A stretch of 63,977 nt of DNA, filler included, from Octopus bimaculoides (Eukaryota), in assembly GCF_001194135.2 (NCBI RefSeq). It is 7 parts of 7 records of this genome, joined end to end, with 100 filler letters (N's around TTAATTAATTAA, not from the genome) between each part and the next. Parts side by side here need not be neighbours in the genome. Positions count along the whole stretch, not along the records: positions 20,829 to 37,237 come from NC_068981.1; positions 37,338 to 45,567 come from NC_068993.1; 5 more parts are not named here. One strand, written 5' to 3'. Shown piece after piece: positions 25,685-37,992 of the stretch; positions within the stretch are counted from its first letter, which is position 1, and each line of letters starts with the position of its first letter. Under the pieces are notes generated by a model. The model saw nothing but the letters and a program-made list of their open reading frames with translations, did not search any database and was not told the origin of the DNA. The translations under genes and the position numbers were made by a program.

Positions 25685-27942
25685 GCTGGTGACAGTAATT
25701 TTTATTCGTTTATATTGTCCTGATGTGATTCATGGAGAAAGCACTTTCATTAAAAACTGAAAACCAGTTGGTTACGTATCAGAATTATTAAGCTAGATAA
25801 TTGTTATTTATTCCTGTTACTGTTAATCCTATTTTCCCATCTTTCGTGAGGTTTGTGTTCAACAAACCAAATTATTTCTATTCGCCATCATTTTCTGTGA
25901 TTGCGTTTCTTGTTCACACGATCCCTCTGCTTTTACTGATCAGGCATATAAACACTTGTTCAGTGTCTCTCCACCACTGGTCCACTGTCACCAGATTTTT
26001 CTAAGGGATTAGTTAATATTTTCTTTTATATACTTATCTATGGGGCTGACATTAAAAACTGAACGTGAAGAAAAATGAATTTAACCAAGACCAGGAAGAT
26101 TATTTTTAAATATACTGGCCATTATCGAAAGTGTCAGGGAAATAGTTCAATCTAAAAGTTCAGCTCAACAATATTTGTACAAAACGATTATGGACGTAAA
26201 TATAGAGAAGCAATTTGTAGGCAAATGATTAGCACCTTGGATTTCTAGGAGGCGTTATAGGATAAACAGTAGCTGAGTCCTTTTCCCTCCGTTTCAGCCT
26301 ATATGGGCTTTAATTCGATTACAGATTATCTCCCACATTATAGACGTTGGATGCTATCATTAAAGAACTGACCCTGAGTTCAACTGCGGCTTGTTTACAG
26401 ATAATCAGAAATTTGCTAAAGCTGAAAACTCTATAAAATCGTTCTTCATTATAGGGCTGGAGATGTTAGGATGGAATTTAAAGACACGTGATAAGTTATT
26501 ATAGATTAGATAAAAGATGAAGAAACTATTTAAGATGAATCTTTGCCAACGTTCTTTTATAGGAATATTATGGCAAATTATGTAACTTTCATCTATACTG
26601 CAATATATAATCTTATGTGTGTGAAATCGTGGAACATTAAATGTTGAGCAATCAGTCGAGATTTGAATAAGAAACTAGGGTTCATATATTATACAGACTA
26701 CACATTCCGCTTTTTCTGTAGAATTTATAACTGATGTAGAAAAGAATAAATAATAAACGTAGAATTTACACACAAAATAGAAACACGTGCCATTTGCGAT
26801 AAAAGAAAATATACTATTTTATGGAAAGGTTGAGTAAAAGCACAGAGAAGGGGAGATTATGGAGATAATTGTTCAAAGTAGATTTCAAGGTTGAAACAGA
26901 GAGTCATCAGTAACTTCCAATCTTTAAGCACTAAGAACGAAAGGCATGGAAGTAAATATCGGTCAGGTTACAACCTTAATGGGTAGCTTACGAAATGTTC
27001 TCCCAAAATTGATTACAAGATATTTCCTGGCAAAGAGTGGGTCAATGAAATTGGACATTTTATGCAAAATATAGATTACAATTCTATGAAATGATACGTG
27101 CGTGGTATGAAGAGGTGATGGTACAACAAGAGGCAATCATAACAATGGCAAGAACCTTACAACCAAACAGACTCGGTTTTGAGAAAACACAACAGAAGGC
27201 GTTTGTCGATAGAGAAACAAATAAATGTTTATTACTGCTATTGATGGATCCCACACTATTGACCAAAGAGTGTTTGAGAAAATTAAGCATTCATATCAAA
27301 GATGAATTCTTATATATATTTAAACACACGTACACGCACATATACACTATATATATATATACATGTATGTCTNNNNNNNNNNNNNNNNNNNNNNNNNNNN
27401 NNNNNNNNNNNNNNNNNNNNNNNNNNNNNNNNNNNNNNNNNNNNNNNNNNNNNNNNNNNNNNNNNNNNNNNNNNNNNNNNNNNNNNNNNNNNNNNNNNNN
27501 NNNNNNNNNNNNNNNNNNNNNNNNNNNNNNNNNNNNNNNNNNNNTATATATATATATATATATATGCATGTATATATTTAGATCAGCGAAGCTAATAATA
27601 GACGGATCACTAAGATAACTCTTATTTTCAAACATTTACATATACAAACATTACCGCCATACCTAACTCTACTTTGCTATCATCGAGTAGTATCTCGTGA
27701 CTAGCTGAATCGTTAGAAAGTCAGACTAAACACTTTCTGACGTTTATTTATTGCTTTTGTTTTATTGTCCATCATTTTGTAGTCGATTAAATAATGTGCT
27801 AGTACAGCATTTGTATAGATTTTAGCCCGTTCCCTAAAAGCATAACTAGGAAATATATTAGAATTCAATATTTTAAAATAAGTACTTTTCTCTGATGTCT
27901 GGAAACCTGAGGAGACAGGACTTTATACATTTTTCATTATTC

Positions 27943-28120
27943 AACAGCAATACTCTACATATAAGCATAACCAAATAATGATTTCTTGCTTACAAGGCCA
28001 CAAATTTTCAGAGGTAGCTGTGGTCGATCGAAGGAATTACTGATACAGTTTTCTATCGATTCACGAAGGATGAAAGACTACATTGAGCTCAACCGATCTT
28101 GAACTCAGAACATAGAAAGG
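27943..28120 (-). mobile_element. SINE family A, degenerate (alignable core about 27990-28120)
   Basis: CTATCGATTCACGAAGGATGAAAG...TTGAACTCAGAAC matches the family A reverse complement. Confidence 0.6.
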
Positions 28121-28379
28121 AAAAATAAAATGCTGTTTTTCAATTGGTTCATCAATCTAATATTTCTTCTCCACAATAACAATAATCAAGTGGTTGGTCT
28201 ATAGGGGAAGAATCCCACAATGTTAGTGTAATAGTGATAAAGGAGAAGCAGAAAGAAGAGATCACTATTAATGAATATAGATTACATGGTTTAGAATGCA
28301 GAGAAATATCAGATGAAGAATATAAATGGATTAGGAAAGTTGAAGGAATAAGGAAGAGATACCGACCGAAAAAGATTAC

Positions 28380-28870
28380 AATCATTAAGCGGCAACAAGA
28401 ACTACTGATTATATATAGCAGTGAGAAAAGTTAATGATATTCTGACAAAAATAAAAGAAGATATCATTACAGATACCAACAATCTATTATATTGTGAAGC
28501 TGTGTATGTCACAGAAATATTAGGTGCGGAATGTAACACAAAAACATAAGAATTATCGTAGAAAAGAACAAAGACATGTTAGAATAAGAGACCTAAAAGA
28601 ACAAATAGAAAAGGTCAAAGAAAATCTGCATCAGCCTTCTTCAATTTTAGAAAAGATTATCAGAGAAACGTTTATGTGACATTTCAACAGAACTATAAAT
28701 AATTTATAAGCAAAAGGTGCACGGACTGTTATAAAAGAAATTTCAGAGAAAGAAGGCGAGGTGTGAGATAATTGATAGATATAAAAGAAAATCAAATAAT
28801 GTAAATAAACCAATCAACTGTTTAGAAACAGTGAAAGAACATTTTATGAACAAGTGCACTTTACTGAAGA
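28380..28870 (+). pseudogene. Highly degenerate R4/Dong-type LINE ORF segment (pre-RT region)
   Basis: Pieces TDTNNLYYCEAVYVTEILG, KGARTVIKEI and NQLFRNSERTFYEQ resemble Dong/R4 ORF motifs recalled from family knowledge. Many stops. Confidence 0.55.
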
Positions 28871-29294
28871 ATAATAAAACCGTATAACGTATTCAATATG
28901 GGTGAGTCCATATAGTTGTAGGCAGGTGTTATATAGATGAAAACATCGGATTTAACATAGGAAATATTCTTAACGAAAGCAAATATAATGATTTATAACA
29001 CCGAAGGAAAGCTATGAGTTACGTCTTTTTTTTTTTTTGATTATGTACAGGTGACTAAATGAAAGCTGGTAGTTATTTTGTAGACTCAGCCAGAAGGAAA
29101 AGAAAATTGAGATCGGTGAGATTTGGAAATCTACGGATTCAAGCAACTAAAACACTTAAAGATAAACATCTGTATGAAAAAGCAGACAAAAACGTTTTAA
29201 AAATAATCGTAAAAGCAAGACAGAAAAATATATTTATAAAGCATCAATTTAAGATGAAATTTAATGACGCCGTTTAAAATTTCGTGTGTGTATA

Positions 29295-29456
29295 GGCGCA
29301 GGAGTGGCTGTTTGGTAAGTAGCTTGCTTACCAACCACATGGTTCCGGGTTCAGTCCCACTTCGTGGCACTTTGGGCAAGTGACCTCTACTGTAGCCTCG
29401 GGCCGACCAAAGTCTTGTGAGTGGATTTGGTAGACGGAAACTGAAAGAAGACGGTC

Positions 29457-29533
<77 letters not shown>

Positions 29534-29732
29534 TATGTGTGTGTATGTATTTGTGTGTCTGTGTTTGTCCCCCCAACATCGCTTGACAACTGATGCTGGT
29601 GTGTTTACGTCCCCGTCACTTAGCGGTTCGGTAAACGAGCCCGATAGAATAAGTCCTGGGGGTGATTTGATCGACTAAAAGCGGTGCTCCACCATGGCCG
29701 CAGTCAAATGACTGAAACAAGTAAAAGAGTAA
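29295..29732 (+). mobile_element. SINE family B, full-length and least diverged copy, with a long internal (TA)n
   Basis: GGCGCAGGAGTGGCTGTTTGGTAAG (A box), GGTTCAGTCCC (B box), TTGGGCAAGTGACCTC (CORE-like), (TA)n 29458-29530, tail GCAGTCAAATGACTGAAACAAGTAAAAGAGTAA. Confidence 0.95.
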
Positions 29733-30574
29733 TCAGTGAGCTTATTCTTATGAACAGGTTTCTCTCATCGTATATACCAACCCCATCATTACTTTCTAAA
29801 ACAGTGGCAAATATAAGCTACATCTGTACTTCTCGAAAAATTCAATTGTTTTTCTGTATTTTTAGGAGAAATTACTGCAATCTTTTTAATTAAGGAAAAA
29901 TGTATTTTTTGTTGATTTGTTGTGGTTAGTCTTTTGCTCACTAATAAACAAGGTGTGCCTAATTTGTGATGAAAAGAAAAATAAGAGAAAATCCTTATAG
30001 AGACATCGAGAAAGAGATATTATATACTTGCGTTTATTGCAGAAATTAATGATAGAGTTCATATACGGTGAGATATAACATTTTCATGAAATTGGCGTAA
30101 CCGCTCATTACCAAACAAAGAGGATTCTGGAGAGGATACTAAGTAGAAGTTGTCTTAATATATGTCACTATCCTAGTTCAGGTAATTGCCATATGAAATA
30201 ATCGAATTATGAGTCCTAATATTTTCTTGGAAATCTGAACAATTGGTCGTCAGAGCCAGTCCAACGGCATTATTGTAGTGTTGATTAACCCTAGATCGAG
30301 GAGATCTATAAACAAAAATATTCCGAAAGAATCTAGCGTTTCTGTTTTGGAAATTAGCTTAGGTCGTTTAATATTTATGCTCTACGTTTGAGAGAGCAGT
30401 ATGTGATAGAAAGGAGATTCGGTCACCCGCTTGAACTTTCAGTCATTTATATAACACCGAGTATTGTGTGATATAGTGTAGTATAAATATTTTAGGCTTT
30501 TTGATATGAAGCCAAAACAATGCCAGTTATAAGGAATATGAAGCCAACGATAAGCCAGTGGTTTGCACTTTATA

Positions 30575-30998
30575 CTTTTTTCCATATCTCGGAGATAAAA
30601 GCCTCTATTACAGGTTTGCTTGATCTTAACCGGTTGAGCATGTCCGTTAGTGGCTGACGATATGTGCATCTCTGATCACGAGCAGAAGTGGGGGGGGCAT
30701 CATAGTCATGTTTTGAGAGGAATTCTTTGGGGCTTCGATAATTCACCTTTGGAAACATAGGTATTTCGTTCGACATCTTCAAACAATCTTTTGAACGGGA
30801 TGGGCTACTCGACCTGACGAAAATTCTAACTGGGCCACACCTGCAAGGTCATGCGCTGTTTATCTTGATATGAGATCACCATGTCGAGCACATATGGTTG
30901 TGATGCATGTGCCTGGTGTACCCTTATCAGACGGGTAGTCATAATGGGTATACTGGGCTTCGTATGGTACTTTGATGGCATGCCCTGCTCTCTGACTC
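30575..30998 (+). repeat. Unclassified interspersed repeat ending in a (TAA)n tail
   Basis: GC-richer non-coding block ending directly in TAA repeats. Family identity is not established from this window. Confidence 0.4.
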
Positions 30999-31045
30999 AA
31001 TAATAATAATAATGATCATAATAATAACAATAATAATAATAATAA

Positions 31046-31484
31046 GATAGAGAAATTAAGGCAAATAGACCAGATATAGTTGTCAAAGATCATGAAGAAA
31101 AAAAATGCTTTCTAATTGATGTATCAATACCAGCAGATGACAACATTTCTCTAAAAGAAATGGAAAAACTTTCAAAATACAAAGACCTGGAAATAGAGAT
31201 AACTCGAATGTGGAGTCTAAAAACAGAAACAATTCCTATCATAGTAGGTGCCTTAGGTATAATAAAAAAATATTCAGACAAATACATAACAAAAACACCA
31301 GGACTTACAAATATATATAACATACAGAAAATTGCACTACTGGGTACTGCACACATTCTACGCAAAACACTTTCAATACAGTAAACATAAGAGCACCACA
31401 GCAAACCACAGCACATACCCAAGGCGCACAGAGCTGCGCTCGGTAGTGAAGTGAAAGCACGTTATAAAAATAAATCTACTGAAC
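31046..31484 (+). mobile_element. 5'-truncated R4/Dong-type LINE, intact REL C-terminus and 3' UTR, inserted in (TAA)n
   Basis: Uninterrupted frame DREIKANRPDIVVKDHEEKKCFLIDVSIPADDNISLKEMEKLSKYKDL...TAHILRKTLSIQ* (stop ends 31384). About 100 nt of 3' UTR. TAA repeats on both sides (30999-31045, 31485-31591). Confidence 0.92.
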
Positions 31485-31590
<106 letters not shown>

Positions 31591-31788
31591 TTTATACTAA
31601 TGAACTTTTGAATTGTTTGAATATTTTTTTTATTTTTAAAAATTTCTCTATCGGTTTTGCTGTGGTTTACAGCTTTCGTAGTTGTGCAATATGCATATAT
31701 TGGCAGGTGCTTATCTTCTTAATTTTTATCATGCGTTTAATTCATTGCAATAAAAGGCATGTTTACATATTAGAGTAGTCAAGAAGAA

Positions 31789-31881
<93 letters not shown>

Positions 31882-33942
31882 TGTGTGTGAACGCATGCAT
31901 GTATATGTATATGTAGTGCATATGATCCCTCGCTAGCATTTCGCTTATATTATAGCTCTATTTTAAGGTTGTGCAAATGTGCATAGGTGCACCTTACTAA
32001 GAGTAAGATATTTATCTTCTGCAATGTCGGCAACCAGCTATTTTATCCTTAATTGTACGGTGTTTATGTGTAGTATTCCCTAGGTAGTAAATATCTTATT
32101 CTTAATGAGATATCTTGTTACTTGAGTTGAGAGATTCTGGACTTTTATTGAAGGTTTCTAAGTGAAATAGCATATTTACATAGACATTTGGAATTCCAGT
32201 TTCGGAGGGTTTAAATTCTAGTTAGCTTTTAACTACTTCTGAGGAAATTCCTATTCAGATTTTCAGAGTAATTGCACACAGCGTTAATTTCATTGTTCGC
32301 AGCCAATTGTATGTGGTTCTACTGTATTTCCTGCTACAGGTTCTTTAAAAGTTTCCTCTCGGTGAGCATTGATTAACACTGTGTTGACGCTAGGGATTTG
32401 AAGAAAGCTTGACGATTTGAATTCAAAAGTTTCTTCTGCTTAATTTTATTCTATTGATACCTTCAAATTCTTTGATGATTTGCTTCATTTGTAGTTTTAA
32501 TTTGCCAAAAAATAGTTCTATTTTACCTTTCAAAATAACAATTCCTATTTAACCTTGCGGTCATAATTGTCAGATAGGAACAATGCTATTTTCCATAATT
32601 GAGTCTATCTTTTTAAGTGGCATGATTCCAAAAGTTGACTTTGAGTTCCATTTGTCCCACGAATACTAGTAAAATACTGAGATCAGTTGCCTGAGCTTAA
32701 AGATCCGGGCTATATTACTTAACGTAGATAGCCGAACAACTCTAATTAATTACATTTACGCCCGTGATTAAGAGAAATAATAATTTTCTTAGAAAAATAA
32801 ATGAATTGAATTAATTAGAAACAAGAAATGAGTAACAGAGTAGGGTTAAGAGTGAGTATAATATCGGCATTATGGTGATAACTTGGTATATGTTTCACTT
32901 TAAAGAGACGTCTTCAGCGAAATATTTTATTCAACAGTAGTGTCAGACTATTTTAAGGAATTTTCTTTCAGTAAATCCGTGGTGCAATATTGTAATATAT
33001 AATCCTGTGTTCGATAAAAATCTTCTCACAGTTAACAGATTGATGATTCTACTTGCTATTTCTTCCCCTAAACTCTTCAATCATTTGTAGATAATGTATA
33101 TTTTACATACTAGCCATTACTATTGAACCACATGAAGTTTATAGATTTAACTTATCTTCTTCTCGACTCCGATTCGGGTCACACTGAGAGCAAACAAAAC
33201 GAACGGAAAGAATAGAATTAGGATTCACTTCAACTCGCCGAGATGATATTACGTTAGTGGTTTGTTGCGATTAGAAGCAGATTTATCAACGGGAATTAAT
33301 AGCAGTGAACTGACATGTCAATAAATACTACTACGTTTCGCGAAAATGAAGAAATTTATAATTTGATGATAGTGAGCTATGTAAAAGAACAGTCAGTGAT
33401 TTTAGGTATAGATCCTCGTTGTAAGTCGTAATATTGCTTGTAATGGCTTCGTTCTAAAGACGCAAGATTGACGGATTTGATTCACTTAGAATTCTTGCAA
33501 CAAGTTTCTGTTCTATATTTCATTCATTGTTGTGTTGTAGTTGATTTTATAACAGCAAACCACGAAACTAATTCATCAAATTCTAATTTTTAATTAAACA
33601 TTTTTCTTGTCTCTGTTCATCTCGAAGCAGTTAATTGGGTCAGAGTGAGACCTGTGTCTTGACGAGAGCACAACACAATGTTAATGACAGAAATACGAAC
33701 TGTTGAAATATATACAGTAACCGTTTTCCACTGGTACTGATTCAGTATTTTCACGGAATGCGAAAGGTACTAATGCACTGAAACCAAGGATTTACAATGT
33801 GGCCATCTATCTCCATCGTCAGTCGGACCAACTTGTCATAGCAATTGCTATATCGATTGGAGCGATGAAATATTAAGCAAGGATCTAAAAAGAGCATCAC
33901 GCTGTGTCAGATGTCACTAGCTTCTAAAATATCAATATTAGA

Positions 33943-34107
33943 TTCAAATTTTGGCACATGGCTAGCAATTTCGGCAGAGGGGCCTAGTCGATTAGGTCGG
34001 CCCCAGAGTTCAACTGGTACTTATTTTATCGATTCCGAAAGGATGAAATCAAATGCGATCTCGGCGGAATTTGGACACAGAAAGTACTAACGATTCTGCC
34101 AGCTCGC
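33943..34107 (-). mobile_element. SINE family A (internal deletion in head)
   Basis: Reverse complement GCGAGCTGGCAGAATCGTTAG...CCGCCGAG...GATAAAATAAGTACCAGTTG. Confidence 0.85.
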
Positions 34108-34144
34108 TGAGGTTTTAAAACTATTGATATTATTATTGCAACTA

Positions 34145-34333
34145 AGGTGGTGACCTGACATAATCGTTAGCACACCGGGCAAAATACCTGGTGATATTTC
34201 GTCCGTTTTTACTTTCAGCGTTCCAATTCCGCAGAAGTCGACTTTACTTCATCTTTTGCGTCATCGACAAAATAATTACTAGTTGAGTACTGAGGTCGAT
34301 GTATTTGATGGCCTTGTGCAAAAATTTGAAACC
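34145..34333 (+). mobile_element. SINE family A
   Basis: AGGTGGTGACCTGACATAATCGTTAGCACACCGGGCAAAATAC...GTCGACTTT...GGCCTTGTGCAAAAATTTGAAACC. Confidence 0.85.
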
Positions 34334-34719
34334 AATTTCATTATGTCTACTGTTGCTCCTAGTGCTTAATCTTAGCGCAAAACAAAACAAGAAAATCCAT
34401 AGTTAAGATAATTCTAGTCGTCACAGTCTCTTATTTACCAGATATTCAATATAATTATTTTTCTCAGACATAGGATATAATTCAACCCCGTCTACATACT
34501 TTTTATTTACATCCAATAAATACTTTTTTTTATTTTTTAAGACAAAAGGATGTGATGTGAGGGATATATGGAGTGGTACTTCTAAACGGTCAGCTCACTG
34601 GTCACAAACTGATTTATTCGCAGTAAAACTCCACATTCGTTGTTGCTTTTGATTAAAATAACCCCAGTAATCAGTACTCCATTCTTTCTAAAATAGTATA
34701 GCCAGCCCTGCTGCTTTAC

Positions 34720-35035
34720 CTGATGGCCCAATACTGATGAGCAAAGTCAGAAAAACTGAAGCCATGAATACAAGCCAGGCATTCGTAAATTCTTCAGATA
34801 AATTGGAAATCGCTTATTGAGTTACGTTTGCTGCGGGTCGTTTTCGAACACTGATTGACTGATAACAATACGGGATAGATAACAATAACGGGCTAATGTT
34901 AATAAGCAGCAGATAACTAAAACTGGTTGAGAACAGCAGCAGAATATACAACAATATCTAGATATTTCATTTTGACATGAAAATGATTTTAAACTCATCA
35001 CAGATACTTTGGGACTCAGTGACAGAAGTAACCAT
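34720..35035 (-). other. Candidate host exon with ATG and signal-peptide-like start (MASVFLTLLISIGPS-)
   Basis: Acceptor CTAACTTATTTCAG| at 35036, donor CATCAG|GTAAAG at 34719. ATG 34765 gives 15 codons plus 1 nt, hydrophobic. No partner exon was identified. Confidence 0.3.
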
Positions 35036-35049
35036 CTGAAATAAGTTAG

Positions 35050-35190
35050 TTTCAAATTTTATCAAAAGGCTAGCAATTTAGGAAACGGAACCTAGTCGAT
35101 TACATCAAACCCTGTATTCAACTGGTACTTATTTTATCGACCCCGAAAGAGATGAAAGGCAAAGTTGATTTCAGCAGAATTTGAACACAA
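35050..35190 (-). mobile_element. SINE family A, 3' part
   Basis: CAACTGGTACTTATTTTATCGACCCCGAAAG..ATGAAAGGCAAAGTTGA. Confidence 0.85.
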
Positions 35191-35428
35191 CGTCTGATAT
35201 CTATCAATAGCAATTTGCAGCTTCATATAAANNNNNNNNNNNNNNNNNNNNNNNNNNNNNNNNNNNNNNNNNNNNNNNNNNNNNNNNNNNNNNNNNNNNN
35301 NNNNNNNNNNNNNNNNNNNNNNNNNNNNNNNNNNNNNNNNNNNNNNNNNNNNNNNNNNNNNNNNNNNNNNNNNNNNNNNNNNNNNNNNNNNNNNNNNNNN
35401 NNNNNNNNNNNNNNNNNNNNNNNNNNNN

Positions 35429-35606
35429 TTTACGTGTCACCCGCACGAAAACGGCCACGCTCGAAATGGTGTCTTTTATGTGCCACCCGCACAAGCCAGT
35501 CCAGGGGCACTGGCAACGATCTCGCTCGAAAATCCTACAGGAGCCAGTCAGGCGGTACTGGCAACGGCCACGCTCAAAATGGTGCATCTCATGTGCCACC
35601 CGCACG
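35429..35606. repeat. GC-rich internally repeated element fragment
   Basis: GGCCACGCTC(G/A)AAATGGTG...ATGTGCCACCCGCAC occurs twice, and CACTGGCAACG/TACTGGCAACG twice. Confidence 0.7.
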
Positions 35607-35662
35607 TGTGTGCGTGAGTATGTGTAAGTTCAAGTATGTATTTGCAAACCTACTTTGAAGAT

Positions 35663-36075
35663 ATACAAACATGACAAATTTGCCTCCTTCTATGTAGATT
35701 GAGAAAAGGATGGACAGCCTTAAACACCTTACTGAAAAGTCACTAGACATCTCTACGTCACTTGACCAATCGCAGAAAAGCAAGTATCCGATACATACAT
35801 ACACACAAAAATATCTGTTAACTGCAAAGAACTGGAATTAACAAATTACACACCAACACTTTATTTAATATAAGAGGACTGTCCGCAGGGAACCCAGTGC
35901 CCATATTACTAAAGTATAATGTGACATATACAAACCGACTTAGAAAACATACAAACATGCCAAATTGACCTATTTCTTTATAGACTGGAAAAAATAATGA
36001 ACAGCTTTAATCCAATTTTTACCCCTACTGGGGGACTCATCAGAAGTGTCTACATCACTTGACTGACCACTAGCC
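35663..36075 (-). repeat. Diverged direct repeat (period 286 bp); second unit carries a degenerate hammerhead
   Basis: ATACAAACATG..AAATT...TAGA.TG..AAA...ACAGC.TTAA...CTAC.TCACTTGAC starts at 35663 and 35949. Minus strand 36001-36049: GACACTT-CTGATGA-GTCCCC-AGTA-GGGGTA-AAAA..TA-AAGCTGT. Confidence 0.55.
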
Positions 36076-37404
36076 ACAAGGACTAATTCAACACACCAGT
36101 ATCTCTCTTTCCAAGAACAACATACGATTCCATTGCCGCATTTCTAACACACATGAATCACTCTATATTTACTACATCCGTGTAGCTAGCCTTGCTTTTG
36201 GTTTTATCTCCGTAGTAACTAGTGATTGTGTTGTTGTTTACTTCAATATGTTCATTACAATATCCAGCGTTCACTTTTGTAAGCAGATAATTTTTTAATT
36301 CAATTTATAAAGGATTTTGGGACTCAGTAATTTTTGCACTAACTGGTTGATAACATTATCCGTGATTACACTAAGCGGCTTCCCTGTATATCACATTGTA
36401 TGCTAATGCAGTGCTACAACTGACTAAACCTCTATGTATATGTATATAGCTATCACATTACACCTGTAAGCGTTATCTATTATCTAATAGCTAACACTAT
36501 GTTATCGGCCCCAATGGCTCTCATTCATCATTTAAATGCGAACAAATACTGCAACAGTTAATATTCTCCACGCGGTTATCAGTTTCTACCACCACGTGAC
36601 TACAGCCATATTCCTACGCAAAATATTTGCTGTCGCCATATTTACAATGTACACTAAAGCTATATCCCTGTAATTTTAAATTTAATCTATATCAACGTTG
36701 TAGAAATTCACATGGTTACATATCTTGAAAGTAACTAAAAATATCTGGAAAATATCTGAAAAAAAAAATGACCTGACACATTATAGAGATTAAGAAAAAC
36801 GGTATTCTACGTAATAATGTGTGTACAGTTTTGCTGAAAAAAATTACTTTTGACATTACTTCATAAGACTAATACCATTTTGGTTTTATTCATGTTCGTT
36901 TGGTTCTGAATCATGTGTTGTAAATTCAGGATTGCAACTCCAACGTGATTTTAACACAAAACTATTTATAACTGACTCTATAAATATAGTATGTACGTGC
37001 TTTTGTCTGCATCTGTGTGTGTGTGCGTGCGCGCGTGTAGGTTTGATAATACAACCGGCATAATGGGAATTGAACTCATGAGAATGTATTATTTTTTGTG
37101 TTTATAATTGGCAAAAAGTTTTAAAAGTGACTCAGGATAAGTGCCATGTAAGTAACCCTCGGCATTTGAGTCAAGTTTTTACTTTCTACCAACTAAGTAT
37201 ACTGTCATATATATTATAAATATATATATATATATATNNNNNNNNNNNNNNNNNNNNNNNNNNNNNNNNNNNNNNNNNNNNTTAATTAATTAANNNNNNN
37301 NNNNNNNNNNNNNNNNNNNNNNNNNNNNNNNNNNNNNAATTAACACCAAATATACAGTGCGTGTGTTTTTATTGGCTAAACTGGCAATATGACCATCCCC
37401 AAGT

Positions 37405-37448
<44 letters not shown>

Positions 37449-37808
37449 GGTATTGATTAGTATGTGTATGTATAAGTAAATGTACATATATTTTTATGAT
37501 GTTAGTTCTTTGTGAGTGTTTTTATTGTAAGCGGACATATCTTTTAATCAATTTAAATTTATTTTACCATTAATTAATTTCCCTTGGGTATACAGGTTTT
37601 TGTCTTCTACTAAAGCTAATTTTTGATTTAAAGTTTTCTTTGATTTTAAATAATATGATTTTAAATCGTAATTTTAATTTCACATAACCTGTTATTGAAA
37701 AGACCGTTGGTTGAAAGGATAAATGAAACAAAGCCAATTTCAAATGTGTATCTATCAATGAAATTGTATATTTATACAAATAACCTTATTTTTGTTTCAT
37801 TGTAAACA

Positions 37809-37852
37809 AAACCGTCCGACGAACGTGAACGTGAAACTCTGAGTAACAGTTT
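37809..37852 (+). ncRNA. Minimal type I hammerhead motif (U4C substitution)
   Basis: AAACCGT-CCGACGA-ACG-TGAA-CGT-GAAA-C-TCTGA-G-TA-ACAGTTT. Stem I pairs 6/7, stem II 3 bp, stem III ACTC/GAGT. Confidence 0.65.
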
Positions 37853-37875
37853 CTGAGATGTCTTTGCAAAAGCGT

Positions 37876-37930
<55 letters not shown>

Positions 37931-37992
37931 TACATGCATACATACAAACATACATACATACATACATACATACATACGTACATACATACATA

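Noticed and set aside
26860-27300. Possible decayed LINE RT C-terminus (QQEAIIT)
   Set aside because: A single short motif. It cannot be supported without an HMM search.
32340-32361. 22-nt micro-exon candidate (TTTCCTGCTACAG|...|GTGAGC)
   Set aside because: The splice signals are good but expected by chance in 64 kb. There is no partner exon, and it is on the opposite strand to the other candidate.
33160-33540. CpG-richer unique block resembling a promoter or 5' UTR
   Set aside because: There is no specific motif or ORF to anchor it. It needs expression or conservation data.
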